Of a stretch of DNA of 32,636 bases, positions 25,582 through 32,636 are shown one piece after another. This DNA is from a virus. Taxonomy: Duplodnaviria; Caudoviricetes. The notes under the pieces are model-generated. The model did no database searches and had not been told where the DNA came from. It was given only the letters and a program-made list of their open reading frames with translations. Numbering within the stretch: the first letter of the stretch is position 1; the number at the start of each line of letters is the position of its first letter. Location of the stretch: positions 1 through 32,636 of IMG/VR virus record IMGVR_UViG_3300046003_008003. The stretch is one strand, 5' to 3'. A program made the translations under genes and the position numbers.

Positions 25582-26076
25582 GTGAAACTCGAACCCGGCT
25601 CCCCCTTTAGCGACTACAGGCATGCGCTCAAGCATCTCGCTGAGCCGCACATGATTCCCGATTTTCTGAAGAAACACCTGTCTTTCATGGCGGACGCGGG
25701 AGCATTCTTCACGACCGACAACCCCACCGGAGCGTTCACCGTGCGGGCCATCGAGTGCGGAACGATGACCAACGTCGAGCGGGTTTTCTATCATGACTTC
25801 ACGATGGGACCGGCATGGTCGGCCCGACTGGCATGCAACCTCCGCCTCTGCGATCTCCCGTCTCTCATCGCTCTCCTGGCCGAACTCGGGATATATCTCG
25901 ACACAGGCATGCGGGTGACGCAGGACCATCAGCCACACAAGAGCGGCATGACGCGAATCACAATGGGGGTCTATTTCCCCTACCGGGACTGGAATGAAAT
26001 GGTGACGCGCTGCTTGCTCATCCGCAGCCACGCCAGACCCAAGCCGCCCGGCACATCAACATGGGATGGCTGGTAA
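25582..26076 (+). CDS. Hypothetical protein
   Basis: GTG downstream of a TTGACA promoter; start uncertain. Confidence 0.55.
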   Translation: MKLEPGSPFSDYRHALKHLAEPHMIPDFLKKHLSFMADAGAFFTTDNPTGAFTVRAIECGTMTNVERVFYHDFTMGPAWSARLACNLRLCDLPSLIALLAELGIYLDTGMRVTQDHQPHKSGMTRITMGVYFPYRDWNEMVTRCLLIRSHARPKPPGTSTWDGW

Positions 26077-26447
26077 TGCCCTTCGTTCCTTCCGGGCCCG
26101 GATCGTTCTCCCGCTACTATTCTCGGTGGCCGGTCGAGTATCCCGACTACGTCAAGACCGAGCGGCAGATTTACCTTCATCTGTCTTCGATCATGGACGC
26201 GTTCGGAAAGCGGGCCCCCGAATGGTGCTCGCCGCCCCTGACCAACGAAGACTATCCTTTCACGTTCGACGAGGACGTGGACGACTACAAGATGATCAGC
26301 ATATACCTGAAGATCATGGAAGACGCGCGCCTGTCTCGCGACCGCCCGTGGGATGTCATCATTCCAGATGGACGAGTGCGCGAGCCCACGGTGCGGTTTC
26401 GGTTCAGCAATCAACTGGACGCCGCTTACGTGCGATTGATCACATAA
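26076..26447 (+). CDS. Hypothetical protein
   Basis: TAATG-coupled; C-terminal FRFSNQLDAAYVRL. Confidence 0.65.
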   Translation: MPFVPSGPGSFSRYYSRWPVEYPDYVKTERQIYLHLSSIMDAFGKRAPEWCSPPLTNEDYPFTFDEDVDDYKMISIYLKIMEDARLSRDRPWDVIIPDGRVREPTVRFRFSNQLDAAYVRLIT

Positions 26448-26811
26448 ACCACGAAAGCTCTTCGGTCATCCGCTCCAAGGTGCGAACCAGGGCCGAAGGC
26501 TTGTGGGCATCCGGCTCCGGGTCGTCGGCGACCATCCACTGCTTGCGGTGGCGGGTGTAGTCCTTCCAGGACTTGCCGAAGTTTCGGCAGACGGTGTAGT
26601 CGCCCCACGGGTCGAGCCAGTGGGGGTTCCGCTTAGGACGCGGGTAGACCTTGAGATCGCGCAGTTCGGGGTCGGTGTCGGCGGCCACCCATGCGCGGGC
26701 CTCGGCGAAAGTACGCATCTGACGGTGCATGTAAACTGCCCGGTGCTCGTAGTAGAAATCACCGGGATGCTTCGCGCGCCACTGTAGGCACTTCGTATAC
26801 TGTTTTTTCAC
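26440..26811 (-). CDS. Basic Arg/Lys/Trp-rich hypothetical protein
   Basis: AAGGAG RBS, GTG start; RPKRN..W.D..KSWK..RKQW. Confidence 0.75.
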   Translation of the reverse strand: MKKQYTKCLQWRAKHPGDFYYEHRAVYMHRQMRTFAEARAWVAADTDPELRDLKVYPRPKRNPHWLDPWGDYTVCRNFGKSWKDYTRHRKQWMVADDPEPDAHKPSALVRTLERMTEELSWFM

Positions 26812-26835
26812 GTGAACTCCTTATAGTTGTGAAAA

Positions 26836-26871
26836 CTATAAGGTGTCCATCTCCAGGTAATACTTGGTCAT
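26836..26871 (-). promoter_or_regulatory. Leaderless uORF MTKYYLEMDTL ending in an RBS-sequestering hairpin
   Basis: TTGACT-N17-TAAATA-N6-ATG; 10-bp hairpin 26819-26843 covers the AAGG of the downstream RBS. Confidence 0.5.
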
Positions 26872-26958
26872 CAACCATATTTACTAGACGGGGTTCTGAA
26901 AGTCAATACAGGGCGTTTTTTGGTTGACGATTTTACCCCACCGCCTATAGTGCGATGT

Positions 26959-28023
26959 ATGAAACCGCCTGTCCTCCTCGAACGCCGGAAGTTTAGCGAA
27001 GCCGTCCAGGTTCGTGATGGGCTCCGCTGTGTCTTCTGCAAACGCACCGCAGAGGAAACCCCCGAGGGCAAGCTGGACAGTCATCACATCATTGAGCGGC
27101 GACTGTTTGCGGCGCCGCACGAGTTCGGCGGCTACTTCATCGAGAACGGTGCCACGGTGTGCGAGGAGCATCACCTTCAGTGCGAGCAGACCGTGATCTC
27201 GGTCGAGGAAGTCCGCGTTGCCTGCGGCATCACGCGCATCATCGTTCCCTCCCATCTCTACGACGATCAGCAGATCGACAAATGGGGCAATCCCATCCTG
27301 GCCAACGGCACCCGCATTCGCGGTGAACTCTTCTTCGACGAGTCGGTGCAGAAAGTCCTCAAGCAGGGCGGGGTCCTCGACCTCTTCACCCACCATGTCA
27401 AATATCCTCGCACCTACCACATGCCGTGGAGCCAGAACATTCACGACGATGATCGCATCATTCCGTCGATGTCGGCCTTCGAGGGCCAGCGCGTCATCCT
27501 TACGCGCAAGATGGATGGCGAGTGCACGACCATGTATCAGGACCATTTCCACGCCCGGTCCCTCGACAGTCCCAACCACTCGTCGCGCAACTGGGTGAAG
27601 AATTTCTGGGGTCAGATTCAGGGAGACATCCCGGAGTTCTGGCGTGTCTGCGGTGAGAATCTCTACGCCGAACACAGCATCGCCTACGACGATCTGCCCA
27701 GCTACTTCATGGGCTTCTCGATGTGGAACGAGCGCAACGTCTGCCTGTCCTGGGATGAGACCATGGAGTGGTTCTCCCTGCTGGGCATCACGCCGGTTCA
27801 AGTCGTCTTCGACGGCATCTATGACGAGAAAGCCATCCGGGCGATCTGCGAAGGGATGGACTGGCAAACCGACGAGGGCTTCGTTCTCCGGCTGGCAGAC
27901 TCGTTCTCCTACGGGGAGTTCCGGCACAAGGCCGCCAAGTTCGTCCGCAAGGACCACGTCCAGACGGTCAAGCACTGGATGCACGGTCGCGAGATCATCC
28001 CGAACAAACTGGCGGCGCAATGA
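26959..28023 (+). CDS. RNA ligase with an N-terminal HNH domain
   Basis: RDGLRCVFC..DSHHII..NGATVCEEHH (HNH); KYPRTYH, KMDGE (motif I), GENLYA, EGFVLR, AKFVR; start 7 nt after TTGACG-N16-TATAGT. Confidence 0.85.
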   Translation: MKPPVLLERRKFSEAVQVRDGLRCVFCKRTAEETPEGKLDSHHIIERRLFAAPHEFGGYFIENGATVCEEHHLQCEQTVISVEEVRVACGITRIIVPSHLYDDQQIDKWGNPILANGTRIRGELFFDESVQKVLKQGGVLDLFTHHVKYPRTYHMPWSQNIHDDDRIIPSMSAFEGQRVILTRKMDGECTTMYQDHFHARSLDSPNHSSRNWVKNFWGQIQGDIPEFWRVCGENLYAEHSIAYDDLPSYFMGFSMWNERNVCLSWDETMEWFSLLGITPVQVVFDGIYDEKAIRAICEGMDWQTDEGFVLRLADSFSYGEFRHKAAKFVRKDHVQTVKHWMHGREIIPNKLAAQ

Positions 28024-28469
28024 AGGTTCCCAGCGGCACACAGACGGTTGACGAGACCGAGGTTCTGAGTCCGGCTTTCGCGGCCATGCGGGATTGCACG
28101 ACGGTCGAGAGCGTGGCGGATTGGCTCATGGCCAATCCCCAGGTCTTGTTGACCAACATCAACATGCTGGACTTCCCGGACTTCGTCCTCCGGTCGGTGA
28201 TTTTCTCCGAGATGGCTCGCTCCGACGCGTCGTTCGTGGGCTGGATTGAAATAGAGTACCTTGGTCGAATCCTGCGACCCTATCGTCTCCTCGCGGGTTC
28301 CGGCCTCGACGCCGGGTTCCTGGCTGGGTTTTCATCCTGTGTCATCGAAGGCAAGGGCGGCAACGCCACGGTCTATCGGGCCAAATATTCGGTCACGCTG
28401 CGGGGCGATGTCTGGCAGAAAATGTCTGTCTTCCATCGGCTCGCCAACGCTGAACAATATGCAGATTGA
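28020..28469 (+). CDS. Hypothetical protein (paralog family)
   Basis: ATGA-coupled. Confidence 0.65.
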   Translation: MKVPSGTQTVDETEVLSPAFAAMRDCTTVESVADWLMANPQVLLTNINMLDFPDFVLRSVIFSEMARSDASFVGWIEIEYLGRILRPYRLLAGSGLDAGFLAGFSSCVIEGKGGNATVYRAKYSVTLRGDVWQKMSVFHRLANAEQYAD

Positions 28470-28803
28470 ATCCCTCCACCGTCTGGCGACCCTTGAGGGC
28501 ATCACCGCGTGGCTTGTCCGGCGAGGAGAGCCCGACGTCACCGATGTTGTGGTTCGTGGTTTCGTGCGGCGGACCAAGGGATGGAACGTCGCCTTCAAGG
28601 TCTCGACGACCAAGAGTTCGATGACGGTGCCCGACGATCTGTTCTCCGGCACCGGTATCGTGCTCAAACGTCTGATCAAATACAACCCCGCTATCCTCCC
28701 CTACGACACGGGCGGGTCGTGGACAGTTGAGTGCGGGCTGGAGGATGATCTGTTCGTCAATCTGATCGTTCACGCCAAGCTCCTGGGGGAGGTCACAGAA
28801 TGA
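28459..28803 (+). CDS. Hypothetical protein (paralog family)
   Basis: Start MQIESLHRL overlapping the previous gene. Confidence 0.65.
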   Translation: MQIESLHRLATLEGITAWLVRRGEPDVTDVVVRGFVRRTKGWNVAFKVSTTKSSMTVPDDLFSGTGIVLKRLIKYNPAILPYDTGGSWTVECGLEDDLFVNLIVHAKLLGEVTE

Positions 28804-29171
28804 TCGAAGACGTATATCGGCATTCCAACCTCGAAGACGCCGCGAGTTTCATTGAAGAAAACTTTTCGACGTTGTTCGAGGAGGCCTTGGGGCGCAAGTC
28901 CGGTCGGGCCGAACTCTCCAGCCTGAAATTCTCCCAGCTTCGCTTGTTCAAGAGCGTCGGAGTATCGGCCTTCCTGCAATGGAATGCCCTGAAGATCACG
29001 CCTGAAGAAATCATGGGCCTCCTGGCTGCGTGCAAGATATACGTGACCCGTCCGGTGCACCGGAACATGAAGGGCACCCACGTCCTGGTTCTCGATGACG
29101 AGTGGGGCGCGCTCGCGATGCACCTGCGCCTGCTCGGCGTTCTTGACGGGACCTACGACCTGAATGACTAG
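28800..29171 (+). CDS. Hypothetical protein (paralog family)
   Basis: GGAGG RBS; ATGA overlap. Confidence 0.7.
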   Translation: MIEDVYRHSNLEDAASFIEENFSTLFEEALGRKSGRAELSSLKFSQLRLFKSVGVSAFLQWNALKITPEEIMGLLAACKIYVTRPVHRNMKGTHVLVLDDEWGALAMHLRLLGVLDGTYDLND

Positions 29172-29664
29172 GCCGTCCTTCGCCCAGATGCGAAAGCTTG
29201 CCACCCTTGAGGAGATCGAGGCGTGGCTAGAGGCGAATGGCGGGCTCATCAACAGCCGCTACATCGAGCGGATGCTGGAGCGCGAATACGTTGTTCAAAA
29301 CGAGTTCGACCACACCGCCGAAGACCTACTATTCAAGCGCGAGCCGGTAGAGGGCTTTCGGCTTCGGGATGTCAAGATCACCATCAATCCCAGACGGTGT
29401 GATGCGACCCGTTGGGCGGGCGACATCACCTTCATCGCCCCGTTCGACGCGCCCTGGTCGATTGCCTTTAAGCGGTCGGGTCTGAAGTTTACCGGACAGA
29501 GAAACCGCTACCGCGAGCGACAGAAAGTCGTCGCCGACATGGGGCGGTGTATGGGATGGCATTACGTCTATGCGTTCGAGATGCGCAAAACCGCGTGGGT
29601 GAAGTTCACCACCCACGCGATGTTGTCGGACCTCTACATCGAGCAACCGAAGCCGAACGTTTAG
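29164..29664 (+). CDS. Hypothetical protein (paralog family)
   Basis: Overlapping start; 166 aa. Confidence 0.7.
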   Translation: MTRPSFAQMRKLATLEEIEAWLEANGGLINSRYIERMLEREYVVQNEFDHTAEDLLFKREPVEGFRLRDVKITINPRRCDATRWAGDITFIAPFDAPWSIAFKRSGLKFTGQRNRYRERQKVVADMGRCMGWHYVYAFEMRKTAWVKFTTHAMLSDLYIEQPKPNV

Positions 29665-30086
29665 GCCTCGCTGTCCTTGCGCTCCGGGACCTCATCCGGG
29701 AAGACATAGTCGGAATCGCCGCCCAGCTTGGCCTTGATGAAGGCGAGGTCGGCCAGGATGGATTTCTGCTCTTCATCCGTGAACTTGTGCTGATCTTCGA
29801 TCATGGTGCCCATGATTCGGGCGATCAGGAGCGGAAGGATGAAGAACAGCGTGAAGTGCATCAGGACGACGCCCGTCACGCGGCCACCGGTCGTTACCGG
29901 GAACATGTCCCCGTAACCGGTGGTGGTCGCGGTAACGACCGACCACCACAGGGCGTCGAAGAACGGCTTACCCTCGAAGAACGAGTAGGACGTCGAGGCG
30001 ATGGCCAGGGTGACGACATAGAGGAAGATGAGTTCACCGATGGAGTTGGTGGCCCGGATGAGGTGCTTGAGTGCATTATGCGGCAT
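29661..30086 (-). CDS. KcsA-like two-TM potassium channel
   Basis: TM1, pore helix FDALWWSVVT, filter TTTGYGD, P.T..GR, TM2. Confidence 0.9.
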   Translation of the reverse strand: MPHNALKHLIRATNSIGELIFLYVVTLAIASTSYSFFEGKPFFDALWWSVVTATTTGYGDMFPVTTGGRVTGVVLMHFTLFFILPLLIARIMGTMIEDQHKFTDEEQKSILADLAFIKAKLGGDSDYVFPDEVPERKDSEA

Positions 30087-30258
30087 AGGCGATAGCCCCC
30101 TGAATGAGAGTTGTGCAAAAGATCATCATCGAGATGATCGACAGAATGGCGGTCGAGGCCGCCCAACCGTACTTCTTCTTGCTGACGAAGAATCCGGCGA
30201 GGACGGCCTGACCCACCGAGGCAACGAACGTGGCGGCGACAACGATTTCTTGCATCAT
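30076..30258 (-). CDS. Small two-TM membrane protein
   Basis: 60 aa, two hydrophobic stretches, overlaps both neighbours. Confidence 0.65.
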   Translation of the reverse strand: MMQEIVVAATFVASVGQAVLAGFFVSKKKYGWAASTAILSIISMMIFCTTLIQGAIAYAA

Positions 30259-31169
30259 GCCATCCTCACCAGACGCCGGGCTACGGCGTCCAGTTGTTTG
30301 CGCTCGAACAGCGGGGCGGAGTTCTTCAGGCGTCCCTCGGTGAGGAACATTCCAATCGCCCGGTCGGTGGTGATCGGGGGATTGTGCTTGTCGAAGTTGG
30401 CGTCGCTGGGGTTCCAGTTCATCCGCAGCATGTAGGCCAGCACGGCTTCGGCCGAGTAGCCGTCCGCCTTGAACGACATGATGTCGGCGACGTGCGCGTT
30501 GCTGCGCTTGCTCAGCTTGGCCCGCTTACCGTCTTCGCCGATGATTTCGATCAGGCCGACGTGCGCGAACTCGATGCTGCGCGGCGGGGAAAAGACCGCG
30601 TTGCCTTCGATGGCGGCCTTGACCGCAACCTGCTTGGACGTGTTGGCGATGTGATCGACGCCACGGATGACGAGGTTCACGCCAGCGAACATATCGTCCA
30701 CGATGGAGGCGAAGTTGTAGGTCGGCCCACCGCCGTTCGCGGTCGAGCGCATCAGCACCAGCCCATCGATGAACTTGCGGTCGTGATCGTTGATCTTCAC
30801 GTCCTTGCGGCCCAGATAGTCGCGCCACGTGTCCGGCATGTTGTCGGGCAGTTCCAGCGTGATGGCGCCGTCGTCGAGACGGACTGCCTTGTTGGCGTCA
30901 ACGAGCGCGTCCGCGATGCGGCGATACTCGTCCAGCCGGTCGCTTTGGCGGAAGGTGTCGTCCGGGGTCAGGCCGAGCCAGGACAGCGCATCCATGATGG
31001 TGCCGACGTGGGCTTCATCGTTTCGGGCCACGTCGGTGTCGTCGATGCGCAGAATGAACTTGCCACCGGACGCCTTGGCGGCCAGATAGTTGAAATACGC
31101 CGTGCGGGCTGTCCCGAAGTGGAACATGCCGGTCGGCGAAGGCGCGATGCGGGTGATAAGAGGGGTCAT
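30255..31169 (-). CDS. Glutamyl-tRNA synthetase-like protein lacking the anticodon-binding domain (GluRS/GluQ-RS family)
   Basis: TRIAPSPTGMFHFG (HIGH), FILRIDDTD, TYNFASIVDD, RGVDH, KLSKR; only 304 aa. Confidence 0.85.
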   Translation of the reverse strand: MTPLITRIAPSPTGMFHFGTARTAYFNYLAAKASGGKFILRIDDTDVARNDEAHVGTIMDALSWLGLTPDDTFRQSDRLDEYRRIADALVDANKAVRLDDGAITLELPDNMPDTWRDYLGRKDVKINDHDRKFIDGLVLMRSTANGGGPTYNFASIVDDMFAGVNLVIRGVDHIANTSKQVAVKAAIEGNAVFSPPRSIEFAHVGLIEIIGEDGKRAKLSKRSNAHVADIMSFKADGYSAEAVLAYMLRMNWNPSDANFDKHNPPITTDRAIGMFLTEGRLKNSAPLFERKQLDAVARRLVRMA

Positions 31170-31240
31170 GTGTTTTTCTATACAGGACTTGTCTGAATAG
31201 TAAAGTCGTAATACCATACCGGTGTGGAAAATATGTGATC

Positions 31241-31615
31241 ATGATCTCAGACCTCGCAGACCTCGCAGACCTGATCAAGGATAGTGCGCCGCCAGAGATG
31301 CATCTCAAGGCCGTGGAGATTTCGTTTCCGCGCCACATGAAAGAGATCAAAGGTTACGGTGGGGCTGGATGGGCCGTCACCTTCTACCTCTATTTCCCAA
31401 AGGATTTGGTGAAGGGGCGAGGAGCCGCGCAATCCTACGAGGACAAGATGGCGACCTACCTCGAATCCCTCAAACTGTGGCCGAGGAGCGTTGTCGCGTT
31501 GCCATTTGTGGATAGTCGAGACATCGACCGCACCATGCTTGCGCTCATCATTGTACGCGAGAAAGATTGGCCCGGCATCGCGGTCGCGGAACGCCTCAAG
31601 GGCAACCTCGTCTAG
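31241..31615 (+). CDS. Hypothetical protein (paralog family)
   Basis: 124 aa; C-terminal WPGIAVAERLKG. Confidence 0.6.
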   Translation: MISDLADLADLIKDSAPPEMHLKAVEISFPRHMKEIKGYGGAGWAVTFYLYFPKDLVKGRGAAQSYEDKMATYLESLKLWPRSVVALPFVDSRDIDRTMLALIIVREKDWPGIAVAERLKGNLV

Positions 31616-32175
31616 TCCTCGGTGGGCTCGGCGGTGGCTTCGATCTTGTCAGACTTCATCTGCTCGCGGGCTCGCTTGATGAGTTCGTTGCGGTCCTCCA
31701 CGATGGTCGCCTTGGCTTCTTCGGCCTCGGGGAGTTCCCCGCGTTCGGCCTGCCATTTCATTTTTTCGAACTGAAGCTTCTGTCCGTCCTGGATGATCTT
31801 CAGCATCTTGAGTTGGGCTTCGCGTTTCGAGTTCTTGGAATCGATGGCGTTCTTATACATCGTGTTGGCAACTTCGAAGATGCCTCTCTGGGAACGCGGG
31901 TCAGTATTGAAACCCAGGTCCATGAGGTCACGGCTATGCTGGAGGGTTTCTTCGAAAAGGACGTCCAGGGATTTGGCGTGATCGGTTGCTTCCACCGTGG
32001 CCAGATTGGCTTCGATGGCCTTGAGGGCAAGTTGATAGGTGTCGAGTTCAATCTCGGGGACCGGCATCGGAGCAGGCGGAGGGGGCGCAGCGAGTTCGAC
32101 GCCGTCTGCCTTAGCGAGGTCGTCTAGATGGGGTAGATTGAGGAAATCGTCGATACTGGTATTCTTCTTACTCAT
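31612..32175 (-). CDS. Possible terminase small subunit (T4 gp16-like)
   Basis: Helical; PR..IFEVA..M...D and terminal IVEDRNELIK resemble gp16-type proteins; next to the gp4-like gene. Confidence 0.45.
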   Translation of the reverse strand: MSKKNTSIDDFLNLPHLDDLAKADGVELAAPPPPAPMPVPEIELDTYQLALKAIEANLATVEATDHAKSLDVLFEETLQHSRDLMDLGFNTDPRSQRGIFEVANTMYKNAIDSKNSKREAQLKMLKIIQDGQKLQFEKMKWQAERGELPEAEEAKATIVEDRNELIKRAREQMKSDKIEATAEPTED

Positions 32176-32178
32176 TGT

Positions 32179-32628
32179 TTACCTTTTGAAACCGAACATC
32201 TGCTGTTCCGTGGCGACTCGGAATCCGATTTTCCGCTGAATGCAGTATTTCATCGCGGCCTGCCATTTGGCGGCGTTGATGGTCTGAATGAGCTTGGTTT
32301 TTTCACTGATGCGCTCTTTCGGGCCGGGGCGGTATTCGGGATGCTCTTTTGCCGGTTTGATCTCGATGATCTCGGCGTTGTATTTGCCGTCCTTGTCTAC
32401 ATAGATGACGAAGAAGTCAGGGATGTAGAACGACCACTTCCCAGTCAGGGGATTCTGATAGGAAATGGAGATAGACTCCGACGACCATGCCGCAACGTTG
32501 GGATGGGTGTCGAACTTGTTCATGAGGGTATACTCCCACGACGACCTAAACTGGATAGGTTTCGCAGTATTGCCACAGTATTTTTGAGGATTTTGAGGGG
32601 TAAAAATACCCGACGAAAACTTACTCAC
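32179..32628 (-). CDS. Head completion nuclease (T4 gp4 / TnsA-like)
   Basis: FTPQNPQKY, FRSSWE, WSSE, YIPDF, EIKP, NAAKW..A. Confidence 0.88.
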   Translation of the reverse strand: MSKFSSGIFTPQNPQKYCGNTAKPIQFRSSWEYTLMNKFDTHPNVAAWSSESISISYQNPLTGKWSFYIPDFFVIYVDKDGKYNAEIIEIKPAKEHPEYRPGPKERISEKTKLIQTINAAKWQAAMKYCIQRKIGFRVATEQQMFGFKR

Positions 32629-32636
32629 GATGCATC

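Noticed and set aside
31248-31272. Short tandem repeat CAGACCTCG
   Set aside because: About 2.5 copies encoding DLADLADL within a gene; too short to be meaningful.
1-32636. CRISPR array, rRNA, integrase or transposase
   Set aside because: No regularly spaced repeats or corresponding motifs seen; the TnsA-like gene is the T4 gp4-type head completion protein.

Overview
A GC-rich segment of a large T4-like (jumbo) tailed phage genome. The host is probably an alphaproteobacterium, inferred from the alphaproteobacterial-type tRNA-His and TyrRS KMGKT motif. Packaging genes: a large terminase split into two genes joined by an atypically split intein (plus a second, class-3-type cis intein), a T4 gp4-like head completion nuclease and a possible small terminase. 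Translation genes: full-length TyrRS, a catalytic-domain-only HisRS (one frameshift), a GluRS-like enzyme lacking its anticodon domain, an HNH-RNA ligase, and a cluster of 7 tRNAs (four Ser isoacceptors, two His, one Cys). Accessory genes: PRTase, HAD and histidine phosphatases, a T7 gp0.7-like kinase, a Nudix-GNAT fusion, two exported trypsin-like proteases, an ART-like protein, a DNA adenine methyltransferase and a K+ channel. The most striking unannotated element is a 30-codon leader ORF upstream of the tRNA cluster. Its codons 4-14 are exclusively Ser/His/Cys, the same amino acids as the downstream tRNAs, and it sits in a 1:2 / 2:3 / 3:4 attenuator fold. This suggests a phage sensor of tRNA shortage that switches on replacement tRNAs. 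Other notable items are two orthogonal-type tRNA-His genes, an sRNA with anti-Shine-Dalgarno loops, and widespread leaderless promoters. All family assignments come from reading motifs by eye; no searches were run.
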